Assembly (NCBI GenBank): GCA_028023455.1
Contig: JAQFVV010000003.1
Span: 26,412,001-26,476,000, forward strand
Source of the DNA: Epiperipatus broadwayi
Taxonomy: Eukaryota; Animalia; Onychophora
Direction: 5' to 3'
Length of the DNA stretch: 64,000 nucleotides
Positions 22,810 to 36,299 of this stretch are shown piece by piece. Made by a program: the position numbers and the translations under genes. Each line of letters opens with the position of its first letter. The first letter of the stretch is position 1. Under the pieces are notes generated by a model. The model was not told the DNA's origin. It did not search any database and was given only the letters and a program-made list of their open reading frames with translations.

Positions 22810-25396
22810 GTTATGTCAGAATTTAAATAGTTTTTGTTATGGAATACTTCAAATTATAGTTATTCTCTAGGAGTATATTATATATATAATGACCATGTCT
22901 GTATTGATAAAATTAATAACTTTTAAAAGAAATGATTTTAATATAAGACATTGGAAAAGATGAAAATGTAAATTACTTTTAAATTTTGAAAGACATTGGA
23001 GATAAACTATAATATATCATTTTCTAGAATACTTATATCATTATTTTTGAATAATTGCAATTTTAAAAATGTTTATCTTTAAAGCAAATATTGATTTGGA
23101 TTTGTAAAGTAAGAAATTTTAAGGATAAATTATAGAAAAATATAATTGGTGAAAAATACTATATAAAAGATGTGAGAATGTTTAAGTATAATGATTGCTG
23201 CTTATTTGCTTCATTTTTTTTTAAAAAAGAGAAAAAAGAAATGATTAAGGAAGAAAAATATATTATTAAGAAATAACTTTTAATACTAAAACCTGAATTC
23301 ATTTATTTGCTGTTTTATGGTGCTTTATTGTATTATAATGGAGAAATGATAAGATTTTTGTTTTATTTGGAATCATGAGCTCAATAAATATTGCCGAGGA
23401 TGATGGATCTATCGCTGAAGAAGTTGGATATGTACATGCATGGAAGGAATGGATTACTTATCTTAAATTGATATTTTAGTTGATATTAAACAAATTATTA
23501 TTATCCTGGTGGAAAGTTGCAGAAATATAGACTGTAAACATCTTTTCATAACAGGATGGATGATAATTTTTATGATTTTTCCAGATTTGAAAGTTGACAA
23601 TTTTTTTTTTATTGTTAATTTATGCGCATAGGAGGAGAAAGTTGGGAACTTTGAACAAAGACTTATTACTTAGCAACTGTGAAAATTGTTATACCCCCAA
23701 CTTATCAGCAGAATTTCAAGGAAGGACTTATGAGAAGAGAAGAAATATGTAATTTTGAATTTTATTATTAGTTTTTATTAATTCTAAAAAAAAATATTAA
23801 CATTAAAATTAAGACTTAACATAATCTTAATTTTAAAATAGATTAATAATTTTAAATTTTTGAAAATATTTTTTAAAAGTATGATATTTTATAATGAGCA
23901 TTGTATGAATGGAATTTATGATTTTTCATTGCTATGTATTGGAGAACAGAAGACATCCAAATGTGGTTATAATACTATTTAATCACATAGGTAATTTTAA
24001 TTATTTTTGATATTATATGGTATAATTTTTCAAATTGCTTGGAATTTAAATATTTATATTATGCAAAAGGAATGAATGGATGTAAGGATATGTGAATTAA
24101 TAACATATACAAATTTTATTGAATAGTATAAGCTATAAAATAAAAATGTGCATATATTTTGATGGTAAAGTTCGCTATGACTTTATTCATTATTATAATT
24201 TTATATATTTTGCGAAGTAAAACAATATTACATTTATTTTAAAATATATGAATATTAGTAGTATATTTTTATCAAAGTCATTTGTATTTGTGGCAGAGCT
24301 TAAGTATTTGAAACCATCTCTTTAAATGTCCATAGTTTTGATGAATATAAAATGCTAGTTTTGTTTATTATTGGGAATTTAGATTATTTTATGATGTGGA
24401 TTGTTTAAATCTATATGGAATTTTTATATGCTAGTAAACATGGGAGTAGGAAATGAAATTCTGGATGTGTATATTTTAGGGTATGTAAATAAGATAGGAA
24501 GATTAGCCTATATTATATCAAAGTAGATATTGTACAGATACAGTTAACAAAGTCCTGTCTTATTGTATTTTATTTTCGTGGACAGTGTTGGTTATTTGTA
24601 TTTTGATAGTCTATAAGTATTAAATAAAAGCCATGACATTATTTTCTATGGGTATTAGATTAAATCATACCTAATATTTTATACTGTTTTCCATGTGAAT
24701 GTGTGGATTTATCTTTTTATACTATTGAGTCATTACTCTAAGTTTTCCTTCATATCCTATACATTATATCACTATCTTAATTTCATTGGTAATGCATCGT
24801 GGAGTTTAGTATTCTGATAGTAGAATAATGAATAAACTTAGAATGATGAATTGTTTTAAATTAGATGGCAAGATAGGTTTTGAATTAAGTTGAAGTACAA
24901 GTGATCTTGAATATTTAATGCTGGTCATGAAAATGATAAAAGAATCATGACTATTCCTAATATTTTAATATTTTTGGTATTTTTCGATTTTTTTTCATGA
25001 AATCAATAATATTTTGAAGCAATGCATATTTTACAAGAAACATCAAAATGTGGAATGTGAAATGTAATTATGAATACTTATTTATTTTATTTTATATATT
25101 ATATAAAATATTTTATTTTATATTTCATGAAAACAAAGAAATAATAGTATTTTATTTATTTAATTGATATTGAATCTAACATAATTTTGAGAAATAAATA
25201 TTGAAATTTTGGATCTGTATTGCTGATAAATAAGCCAGAGTGAAGGCTTATACATTTGTGATTTTTCTGCTTTGGTAGTATGTAATCTAATTATTTTTAT
25301 ATATAATTTTTTAGATTTTAGTATTCTATTTGTTAGCTTTAGAATATTTAACTATATTTGTAAAGCGCATATTCATTACGTAAAGTAATATATTAA

Positions 25397-25587
25397 GGCT
25401 ATAACCTTAAGACTATGTGCCTGAAAAAACAACAGTAGGGATCTCTGCAAATCTTTAACACAAGATTTCTTTAAAAGACAAGAGTGGTCCTTTCTAAATA
25501 AATAGGAGAATAAATAAATCTTGTGTTAAAGATTTGCAGAGGTTCCTACTGTTGTTTTTTCAGGTGCATAGTCTTATGGTCATAGCC
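25397..25587. mobile_element. Fold-back MITE with TTAA TSD (Kolobok-like termini), copy 1
   Basis: ttaa|GGCTATAACC...GGTCATAGCC|ttaa, with inverted arms of about 70 bp. RR termini with a TTAA TSD fit Kolobok rather than piggyBac. Confidence 0.8.
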
Positions 25588-25798
25588 TTAATATTAAACT
25601 GTATATTTATTGTATACATTTTGTTTGTTAACTTAAATAAATTTGTTAATGTTGTTTATAAAAAACCTTTGTCAGTGTTATTTATTGATCTATTTTTTCC
25701 CCCAACACCTGATCACAGAATTTAAAATTGAACATATAACATATTTTGCACATAATAAATGAAAATGAGTTATTTAAATGATAATTAATATATATTAA

Positions 25799-25941
25799 GG
25801 CTATAACCTTAAGACTATGCACCTGAAAAAACGACAGTAGGGACCTCTGCAAATCTTTAACACAAGATTTACTTTAAAAGACAAGATTTGCAGAGGTCCC
25901 TACTGTCGTTTTTTCAGGCGCATAATCTTAAGATTATAGCC
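25799..25941. mobile_element. Fold-back MITE with TTAA TSD, copy 2 (internally deleted)
   Basis: ttaa|GGCTATAACC...AGATTATAGCC|ttaa, highly similar to copy 1. Confidence 0.8.
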
Positions 25942-26167
25942 TTAATATATATTACTTTACGTAATGAGTATGCACTTTACAAATTTAATTATTAAATGAT
26001 AATTGTTATTCAGGATATGATATTGGAATATCTCATTATTATAATATTATTTTTGTAGTTGTAATCAATTATTTAAATTGCTACCATATAATGGAGTATA
26101 TTTCTATTGCCGCACTATTCAGATTATACCATACTTTTAGCATGCCACATGAGAAATAAGAGAATTA

Positions 26168-26268
<101 letters not shown>

Positions 26269-27689
26269 TTTATCTGATTATTAAGTAGTAAATATAATAC
26301 CAAATTGTTAATTAGATTAAGTATAGGAATATTTTATTTTATTATTATTGTGAGATGTAGTTGAATATGATCCTAAATCCCTCATCATATTTGGCCACAG
26401 GATTTTTTAATTAATTTGTTGATTTATTCATAGAACCTAAGATGATGTATTGTGCAATAGTAAAAAATTATAATTATTAATATTATATTTAAATTATTTA
26501 ATATATTTTAAAGTCTTAAGAATGTTATAGATTTATATTAATATTTGAATAAAAAGGGGGATAGTGTTCTTATGCCATTGGGATTATGTCCTTAGGGAGA
26601 CATTCTCAATGTTTACCAACCATTATACCTTTTACTAAATGTCTCATGATTTTTATTAGTATATTATATTATTTATTTATTTAACTGAACGATATATTAT
26701 TAATAATTAAATTTTGAGCTAGTCTAATGGTAGAAATTATCGTAGAATATTATTAGTATTTATTTCTTGATGTATTAAGATCAGAACTTAGCTGGAGGAT
26801 TATTTCTAAATATCACTTGATCACTTAGTAAGGGTGCAAGATATATATATATATTGCAGTTATAGCCAAATTGATGTGTGCACAACTTTCTTAAATTAAA
26901 ATACACTGAAATAGATTATATTTATCTACTAAGTGTGTGTGTGTAGTTAATAACACATGCAGAATCTTATTAATAGACTGAAGAGATTTCTGATGAAATT
27001 TTAGTACTTGTGAGTTTTTATGTAAATCAAGATGGCATCCCATATTTTTGATAAAAGTACACCCCTGTAACCTATCACAGATGTGCTAGTTATTAAATTA
27101 AAACAAAATTAATAAAATGATCGTTAAATTTTTAAAAAAGAATAAATTTCAATAAATTTTATTAAGACGCATTATTTCTATTTTTTTTTACTTATATTTA
27201 TAATATGGGAAGCAATGAGATGCTCTTAACATTGTCATACTTTGGTTCAATTCAGCATTTTTTGGTCATCTTATAATGATAAAAATTTTGAATCTTCTTG
27301 TCTCAGAATGTGATGCAATGAACTGATTCCAAAGGTATGGGATCTTGCCCTCCCAAAAAGTGTGCATTAATCATCATGATATCATTGCATGTCACTAACA
27401 TGAATGAAGTGTAAATATTGTACTTATATACATTTTTTTCATTTTTCTGCTAATAAGTTAATAATAAATAATAATAAAAACAGAAAATAAACTGTAAATG
27501 TTGTAATTAATATTTCCCCAATGATTTCTTTTTTAAAAACAACAATAATAAAAAATAAAATTTAAATATTAAATATGCCATTTCGTAGCAGGCATGTTTT
27601 TTTTTAAATATTTTTGGAGACCTCTGAAACTCTAGATTTATCCAAAATATGGGCTGCCATTTTGGTTTACTGGAAAACTCACAAGTACC

Positions 27690-27810
27690 AAAATTTCTAA
27701 TTGTTTCTACTCTTTACTATTTTTTTATTTTATTGATATTAAATAAATTTATTTTGTTACCATAAAGTTGTACTTAAATGTATTTAAAAGTTATTGATGT
27801 TCTCTTGACT
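27690..27810 (+). mobile_element. LTR 3'-part fragment homologous to about 10350-10450
   Basis: Shares the identical 39-mer tattaaataaatttattttgttaccataaagttgtactt with the LTR in front of the Gypsy gag at 10.6 kb. Confidence 0.7.
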
Positions 27811-27829
27811 GATATTAAAATAGAAATAC

Positions 27830-29870
27830 CCTCAGGACATAGCAAGATCATAATGACTTGGTTCATTTCTGTAGATATTAAACACTTTAGCTTATCAAAA
27901 TATTGCATTTATTATATACTCTCCATCCATAGCAAGATCATAATGACTTGGTTCATTTCTGTAGATATTAAACACTTTAGCTTATCAAAATATTGCATTT
28001 ATTATATACTCTCCATCCATTTAGTCCTCTTGCCTAACAGTGAGTATAGTTGTTTGGAAGTTTATTCTTTGTGCTGAATGAAACTATCATAATAATTGAT
28101 GAAGTCAAAGAATGTCAAAAGCTCCCTTTTGTTATTGGGAATTGACATGCTCAAAATAGCCTTTATTTTGTCCTTAGTAGGAAAAATATCTTGTGCTGTA
28201 ACTTGGCTTCCAAAACTCATTTATTAGAGTTTATTTTAAATTTCCAAAACTTCTAGTGGACTCTAAGAATTTCTCCTTGCTTTGGACCACTAGCAGAAAG
28301 TTATGAAAATATGGAATGACCCCAAGAATTTCAGCTATTAATTGATTAATTCTTTTTTAGAATATGGCTGGACCACCAAAATACCAAATGATAATCAATT
28401 AACTTTATAAAGTTTTTTATGAGTTTAATTGCTAGTATTCTAGAGGCTTCATCATCTGCTGATACCTACATCCAGTTTAAATAGAAAATATCTGTTTTGC
28501 TGTATAGCAATAATCCCCACAGATTCACATCTTAGTTGTTTTTCAGTAAGAGATACTTTTAGAGTAGCCCATTCAGAATGAGATATCAGTTTGATCATTC
28601 CTTCAGATTGCCACATGTCCAATACCTTGGAAACTTTAGTTTGTAAAGCAAAAGGAATTGGCTGAAAGTGACAGCTATATGGTTTGACATATTTATAAAC
28701 AATTAAATGGGTGTTCCTTGATAACAATCCAAACTGGGTTCAAAAATCTTAGCATATTATCTTTTAAAATCTAATATTTTACAGTTTACTTAGTTCACTT
28801 TGATGAGTGACTAACCTGTCAGTTTAAACCAACTTTGGTCCATGAAGTTACTATGCTATATTGTGAAAACAGGTAATGGCAACTGCATATATTCAATAGA
28901 TCCTTTCTGGACATTAACTGAGTCTCTCCTAGGAGTGTAATTCACCCTGATAGTCATAGATTAAATTTGTAATAGACCTCAGATCAGCTTTTTGATTTCT
29001 AATTTTCATGTCAAAATTTACTTGAGATATCTCCCTTGTCATGGAAGTACCATTAATGAGAATTAGTTTTTTAAAAGTTGAGAGCCCACTTTGCTCATTA
29101 AGTGCATTTTGATTTAATTTTTTTGTGATTTGATAGATCTTTTTTTAAATTAGATAAACCGTTTTTATTAGATAAACCATTATCGATATTCTGTATCTTT
29201 TTTGTAAGATAGGCAGTTTTAATATGCCCCACACATTGACAAAAATTACAGCTAGCATTCTGACATGCTAAATATTTTTTTCTTTGTAATGGGAACAAGT
29301 TTGTTCTTTTGCAGTTGCTTACTGTTTTATTTATCTGAAGTAATTATTCCACCATCCATTGTTCTTTGATCTTACTTTTGTTGTCATTTTTATTTCTGCA
29401 TTAGCACTCAGTAAAGATGGAGACTGATTGTTTCTTCTCTTAAAATCACCTGGGATACTGCAGTATTATATGGAATGAATCCATTAACAATCTGCCTCTT
29501 AATATATGATTTTTTATATCTATATGTATTGATTTCTCAGTGCCTCCTTGTGAAATGTTCCAAAATTGTAGCCTAACACCATCCACACATTTCAGATGGA
29601 TAATTATCTGACTTTTCATTAGCTTTCTGATTCTTTAAGTTAAAGTTATATTTTTGCATTATTATCAGGAATTTTGGCATAAAATAGGTATTTAGGAGTT
29701 CCATGGCCTTATCAAATGTTAGTTTAAAAGGCTGTTGTGGTACTTCCTGTTTCATGAGAACCTGGTAAGTGGCTAATACACAGACACACATGAGTGTTAC
29801 CAACCTTAGTTCTGTTTTAATTTAATGTGTCCATAAAAAATTCAGTCTGTACAAGTACACCAGCGAGCAT
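27830..29870 (-). mobile_element. Decayed Gypsy (Mag-like) internal region: gag, zinc knuckle, RT start, RT-RNase H tether
   Basis: Gag LATYQVLMKQEVPQQPFKLTFDKAMELLNTYFMPK. Knuckle CNFCQCVGHIKTAY. RT N-terminus PFALQTKVSKVLDMWQSEGMIKLISHSEWAT. Tether-like FDKLKCLIST...HYDL near 27850-28000. Confidence 0.85.
27838..28017. repeat. Perfect 90-bp tandem duplication
   Basis: 27838-27927 and 27928-28017 are identical base for base. Confidence 0.95.
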
Positions 29871-30579
29871 CCTGTGCATGTTGGATCAAATTTTTTAAAA
29901 GATCCCGTTTGAACCATTATAAGACTCCAAGACAACACCTCAATGAGTATTCACTGTTTCACTTAATCTCACATAGCAATTATAGAGTTTATCCACAGTA
30001 CAAACACAGGTTTAGAAGATATAAAACAAGAATATAAACATTTTACTCCAAACTGCACATTAGACCTTAACAGCAGTATCTGCAGATAAAAGATTAAGAG
30101 GTAGCCCATTTCCTATAAAATAATATAAAAAATAGACTACTGAAGAAACTATGCCAATTCCCCATTATTCCTATTGAAGTACCCAATTGTGGTCAGTTTC
30201 TATTTTTTAATGAATTTTATTTTTTTAAGGGGAACAAGAATAGTCACAACAATAATGTTATTAAAATATTTATAATAGTGTTCATAATGATTATAATCTA
30301 ATATCTGTGATAATGACTATGGTGGCATCAATTTTGTCACAGTAATGGCAATAGTAATTGAATAATATAATTGTAGCATCTTGGTGCATTAGACTATTTA
30401 ATATTAGTATTAGCATTAGCTCTGCCAACAGCATCAGATAAAATATTACAAGTCAACATAATAATAATTAAAAAGGTATACCAGAGGCTCATTGCCTTGC
30501 AGAAGCCAGCAATAAAACATCACAAGATATATTTAACTTAGTTTTAACATATGATTTCAATAAATGTTCTCTTCACATT

Positions 30580-31010
30580 ACTATTAAGCTATTTATTGTA
30601 AATTTGAGGTGTAAGTAGATATTGCATATTAATACTAGTACGTTCATACTTCCCAGATCAGTCAAAAATCAGAAATGGGTCTGGGAATGTGGATATAACT
30701 ACCATTTGTTGTCTATTATTATTCAAGCTTATAGTAGATAAATTTGTAGTAGCATGAAAAGATGTGCCATTGAAATCATATTCTCCAAGAAGTATGCACT
30801 CTTCTACCAATGGTAAATTTCCATCATAATTCATTTTGTATTGCAGTCTCTACTGATAAATCAAGCTTATAGTAAAAGATTTAACTGTAAATAAAATTAC
30901 CATTCAAATTATATGCCCACCGAAGAATGGCATTCTTCTATTAATGGTAAAAGCCATTTTATATTATATTTTATAATGTGGCCTCCATTCATAATTCAAA
31001 CTTATAGTAA
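30580..31010 (-). repeat. Degenerate tandem repeat of about 135-140 bp with coding-like character
   Basis: caa(g/a)cttatagta recurs at about 30723, 30864 and 30996. cttcta(cc/tt)aatggtaaa recurs about 140 bp apart. Confidence 0.55.
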
Positions 31011-31989
31011 TAAATGTCATATATTACATTCGCATTGTCTGTTTTAATTGTCAGAGCATTATCAGGCATCTAGTTTACTCAAATTAACTTACCCTCTAGT
31101 TATAGTAGTTAGATATTTATTTACTGACTAGCATTGGACGGCTGGATTTTTTATTGGCCAACTTCCTGAGAAAGATCATCCTAAGCCTTCTTGTTGTGAT
31201 CTGAAAAAATGTCCAAAATTTCTTAATAAAAGTCCTAAATCAAACATATAATTTTAAATGCAATAAGTATTGTTTCTCAAGGCTTTTATTATTTCAATCA
31301 TAATCATTATTCGCGAATTTTAAGATTTGAAATGAAGGGGAAATAAATAGAAAATATGCATTTCTTAAACAACTATTTATGATTGACTAGATTTAGTTAG
31401 TAATAAAATGTATGTATATATTGATTTCCACATGAACCACTTTAAATAATAATAATAATTAAAAAAAAACATGATAAAATTAAAGATTAGAGAATTATCT
31501 TCTTTAAAACTGGAACGGACATTGACCACCTGGAGTATGATATTAATTTTAAGTATTATCAGGCCTTATTTTATATTCAAATAGGAAGTTTAATAATCAG
31601 TTTTTTTTTCTGTTTCTTCTGATGGGCGATATTAAGGGAATTATTAAAAGTAGAACTTAAATTTCATGTCTGTATTCAAGGTCAGCAACATTGACAGAAA
31701 TCAGTGGTGGCTTTTTTTTTTTTTAAAAAAAATCAATTTTAATATTCTTTCTATGACTTCATATAAACTGATACTGTTTAGATTTTTTGCTGTCCTTGGT
31801 AAAGATGTACTTGGATAATTTTCAAATATGTGTACAAATAGAACAGTGCATGATTGTAGCTAATAAAATTTAAATAGATATTTTAGATAAAAACATAGAC
31901 TTTATGTATGATATATATAATTAACATTCATAATTAAATTAGAAAATGTTGTTTACCAAAGGAAAATTTTAATGGAAAATATTGATCTT

Positions 31990-32580
31990 TCACATGTCGT
32001 TTAGTATGGTCTACATTAATGTTTAAATCAAATGAGCCTGTTGGAGTAGTGAATGCCAGCGATCTTTTATATTTCTCAAACCAGTGTTTGTCTGTGTTAA
32101 CTGTATAAACTGGATTATTACCATCTTGGAAGATGACAATGTTGGTATAAACACTATGTGTTGAATCTGTTTTTCCATTTTTGTTAATGCTTCAATAATC
32201 TACAATTGTCAGTGCATTTTTTATGAAATAATAATGGATTAGCTTCATTTGGCAAATATCAGCAATTTCAAAATGTAAATAATGATTGGCCAGCCATTTG
32301 TTATCACTTGTGACAATGTGTTTAACCATTAACTTGAGAATCAGTAAACTTTACAAATAGTAACTCAGCCATAAATATTTTTATTAGATCATAGCAGAGT
32401 AATATTGATAGGCAGTGAAGTGTTCATTATGTGTCTGCAGTAATTTTGTTTTGCATATGTTTTTAGCTACAATTTTTTGCAACTTCGAGCAACTGTTGAC
32501 AGAAATCAATAAGCACTGATTTTTAAACAAAGTTGACCCTAATACAGGTATTGTGGATTTTTTATATTGAAAGGCCACTT
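31990..32580 (-). mobile_element. Tc1/mariner-superfamily transposase remnant
   Basis: Minus-strand remnants appear in the expected order across frameshifts: HIVTSDNKW (first Asp), IVFQDGNNPVYTVNTDKHWFEK (QDN-like), and SFDLNIN (SPDLNPIE-like). Confidence 0.55.
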
Positions 32581-32866
32581 TAGTTAGTTGTAAGATTATA
32601 TTTAAGAAACTTTAATTAAATTTCCTTGAAAATGTATTTAATTTGTTAACAATCAAACTAGGGGTATTAATAAACTTCAAAAAATGAAATAAATGTGAAA
32701 TAATTGGATTAGAACTAATAAATACTCCAATTACTTTAGAATTGTCTGCATTTTAAGGATTTATTTTTGTAATTATTTATTTTGATGTAACAAAAATATA
32801 TAATGGAAAAATTTTGTTAATTTTAAAGTTAATTAATTTTTTAAATGTCTGTTGTGTTTCTTGCAG

Positions 32867-32942
32867 GAAAGAATTTGCCTATTTGGTTGCATTGTGGAGG
32901 TCTGCAGTATCATTTGATCCTCTAGATGAATATCCAAAATAA
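32867..32942 (+). CDS. Candidate terminal exon, host gene B
   Basis: gtgtttcttgcag|G AAA GAA...AAA TAA, reading (R)KEFAYLVALWRSAVSFDPLDEYPK*. Phase 2 matches the exon ending at 22809. Confidence 0.45.
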
Positions 32943-34140
32943 TTTGTGATTTTAAGAATATTTTAATTTGAAATTATATAGGGGAATGTAAGTCATCAAC
33001 AATAAGTGATTGAAAAGCAAAAAAGCATTTTTTTATATAAATTCTCAAAGGGATTAGTATTCTAATCAAAATATGTTAAAATGTGACAGATCTTTTTTAA
33101 CATCAAATAAGAACTTTACAATGTTATCTTCTGAAAGTCAATCAAGTCCATCTATAGTTTTTCAGAAGTCTTGAAGACATTAGTTAGATGAGATTGAAAT
33201 ATTAATTTGAGTTTGAAACAATGATTATCAATGTTCTCCAATTAATAAGTCTATGATAGATGTTCTTGTTTAAATGATTCATATGAATTCTGCTGTTATA
33301 ATGATTCTTGCTAACTGATAAATATCTGCCTTTTTTTTTTCGAAGAGTTTCTTTTTAAAAAAAAAAATTGCTTTTTTGAAATGCTTGAATTTTTTTTTTT
33401 TTTGCCATATATCATATATAGAGTTAGTTTCACCTTGCATGGAAATATTCAAATCATTACACTATGACATGATATCATATAGACATGCAGTGTTTCTATC
33501 TTTTAGAAATACAGATTATTGATTTTATTCTTCATAAAATTTAATTATCTATTCTCACCAAGATAAATTTTTTGCTGTCAGCTATCCCTTCAATAGCCAA
33601 CATGATTTACAATGATATGCCAAATCTACCCTGAAGGTCTCATCATCTAGCTTTTGGCATGTTATAAAAACTGATGATGCCCTATGGCATTGTCATGTAT
33701 ATAGGTAAGAGTACTTAGAAACTGTTCCAAAGTATCACTTAAAATAATGGATTTAGAATGTTTATTTAACATACAAAGAAAAAGCTCTGCTTCTTTTTTA
33801 CTTGTACTATAAAACTTCATTTTTATTCTGTCATGTAAGATACATTTTCTGTAAATATACTTACTAAACTAACCAAATTCAATTCAACTTTTTGATATTT
33901 ATCTTAAAATTTGTTAAAGATATATATTTCTTTTGTTTTACCCATAAGAGCACTCAAAGATAGTAATTCTTCATAGCAAAAAAAAAAAAAGAATTATTGT
34001 AGTCCGAATAAAGTATATCTATGCTGAATCAGTAATGTTAGTTGATTCATCCAATAAAATTAAATAATTTATATTTTTCATTTTGGAATATTATGTGAAG
34101 TTATTCTGTTTTGTTGAGGGGTGTTTTTGATCCATTGTGA

Positions 34141-34390
34141 TCAGTTATGACTCTCTTTGAAAGAGATACTATATATCAATTTGCAATTTTCACAGTGCAA
34201 TCTATGATTTTTGTTTTTTCTCCCAAGTATATAAGTTGCTACAATAACATTATTTCCAGATCTTGCAATTATTTGAAATGTCATCATACCTTTAAGTTTT
34301 TTATTTCTGGAATGCAAACTTTTACATATCTTCTTCTTATTTGAAGTTTTTGTGGTCCTCATGAGTGGCACAATGCTGATGAACACAGAA
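34141..34390 (-). mobile_element. Possible piggyBac-like transposase C-terminal Cys-rich remnant
   Basis: GRKNKNHRLHCENCKLIYSISFKESHN resembles the PGBD ...RKxTxxxCxxC...CFxxYH end. Several Cys are missing and no TIRs were found. Confidence 0.4.
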
Positions 34391-36299
34391 TTTTTTGTGT
34401 TGATATTGCTGCATCACTTAACAAACAGTCATTTTATCTTTAACAGAAATAAGTTAATATTGCCATTCTCAATCTTTATTAAAAATTATATTCCTCCCCC
34501 CTCCCCTCAGCATTCTCTTGAACTTCTTTGAAATGATTGGTTATTAAATAAGCAGGAAAAAAATATTGTATCTTTATGCAGATATTTGTTTGTTACCAAT
34601 TCTATTTCAAGTAGATAGTCATTTGCATCACCATCAAAAAATTGGTAGTGGATTGATGATATACTGGATATCTATAGATTTTCATTAAGCAATCCCAAGT
34701 AGTAGTGGCTGCATTCGGTTTAGGAAATTAATATACATGAGATGTAGATCATAAATATAATATTTTATTTGTTAATGTCAGTCTGTGAAGATCATTTTTA
34801 CCGTTTGATGTTTTAATTTGTTATTTTAAATTTAAAACAAAATTTATAAAAGTCATATAAAAACATATTAACAAAAATAGAATTTATTCTGCAAAATTTA
34901 TATTCATTCAAAAAACTGCAGGTTTCGTTATTTTTTTTATTGTTCTCCTGGGGTATTGATCATAAAACAAATTTTTTAGCAGTTTTTGACATTGTTATTC
35001 TACTTAATAAATACTTAACAAATTAATGCTAACATTTTTTGTTATAGGTTTATGGAACTGACAATCACTTACTATCTAATACATTTTCATTATCTTATTA
35101 TTTGGAAAATTAAAAATATATATATTTGAATATATTTTGCAATTTTCTTATGAGTTTTTCTGGAAAAGAAAATTATGTCAGTGTGTAATTTATTTGCATT
35201 ACATAATGTCAAAAATATAGAGATAGTATGCCATTATTTCTAACTCTTGGATAAGATAAACTAGCCTTCAAACAACCTGAGAGATTTTAAAGGCCTTTCC
35301 AACAATTCCTGAAAAGAAATAATAAAAATAAAATGCATTACTTATCAAGCTTGCCAATTGGCAAAATTTTAAGCACTTTTTCATAGTTGTTTTTAACCAA
35401 GAATAGCTAGATATTCATTTACCAACTAATATTGAATGATTAGCTAAGTTGCCTAACCTGTTTGGAACCTGGAAAGAATTTTAAATTTTTCCTAGTTCAA
35501 ATTCAAGCATAGGTTGTAAGCTTGCAAGATTTGTTGTTGCCATACTATGAAGCTCTTTAGTCCATATCTTTAATAAATGTAGATCCAATTAGCAAAATTA
35601 TATGATTTCTAATGTTTAACTAGTTTAACCACTAGTATTTTATTATTCTTTTCAAATTATAAATCTACTTTGAGATATATAAAGATATGGACAATTAGAT
35701 ATTTCATTATGTACACATCTGTTAGTCTTGAAAGCCTATCAAATGTTATCTCCTACTGAGTCTTCGTTATTAATAACTTTTTGTTAGTGATATTTGATTG
35801 TAAATTTCAGAAATTTATATATACAGCATATATGTAGAACTTTTTTTGGAACATTTGATGATCATATTTTAATATGGAAAAGTGTGTATTTATTAAGTAA
35901 AATTTTTATTAACAAAAAAAAAAACAATAATTGTATACATTTTTAAAATAATTATTCACATATAAGTTTTAAATTATAAATCTTCATAGTTATTTTTTTA
36001 TATATAAATTCCTTTTTTAATTAAATAATACTTATTTTAATTTTTCAGTTTATTTCCATAACTTATATGAAGACAGACAATATTTGACCATTTTCCCTTA
36101 CTTTTTTTTTGGAAGTTATCTGATGCAACTATTAAAATATTTTCTAATTATTATCAAGTATTTTTATTATCAAAAAATCATTTAACACTTTATTGTCCAT
36201 ATTGTTTTTAGAATATGCAACAAACTATTGCATTATGTGAATGAAATGTTTTAATATTATTTATTTCTGTTTCAAATTTATATATGGAGCATGAAATAC

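Noticed and set aside
23376-24230. Short peptide-like frames (MSSINIAEDDGSIAEEVGYVHAWKEW; YFDGKVRYDFIHYY)
   Set aside because: They have no reliable splice sites or recognisable family and cannot be chained in phase with gene B.
26978-27000. ctgaagag...gaaa hammerhead-like string
   Set aside because: No consistent stem II closure or stem I/III can be drawn.
33671-33700. ctgatga-tgcc-ctat-ggca hammerhead-like start
   Set aside because: There is no GAAA after stem II.
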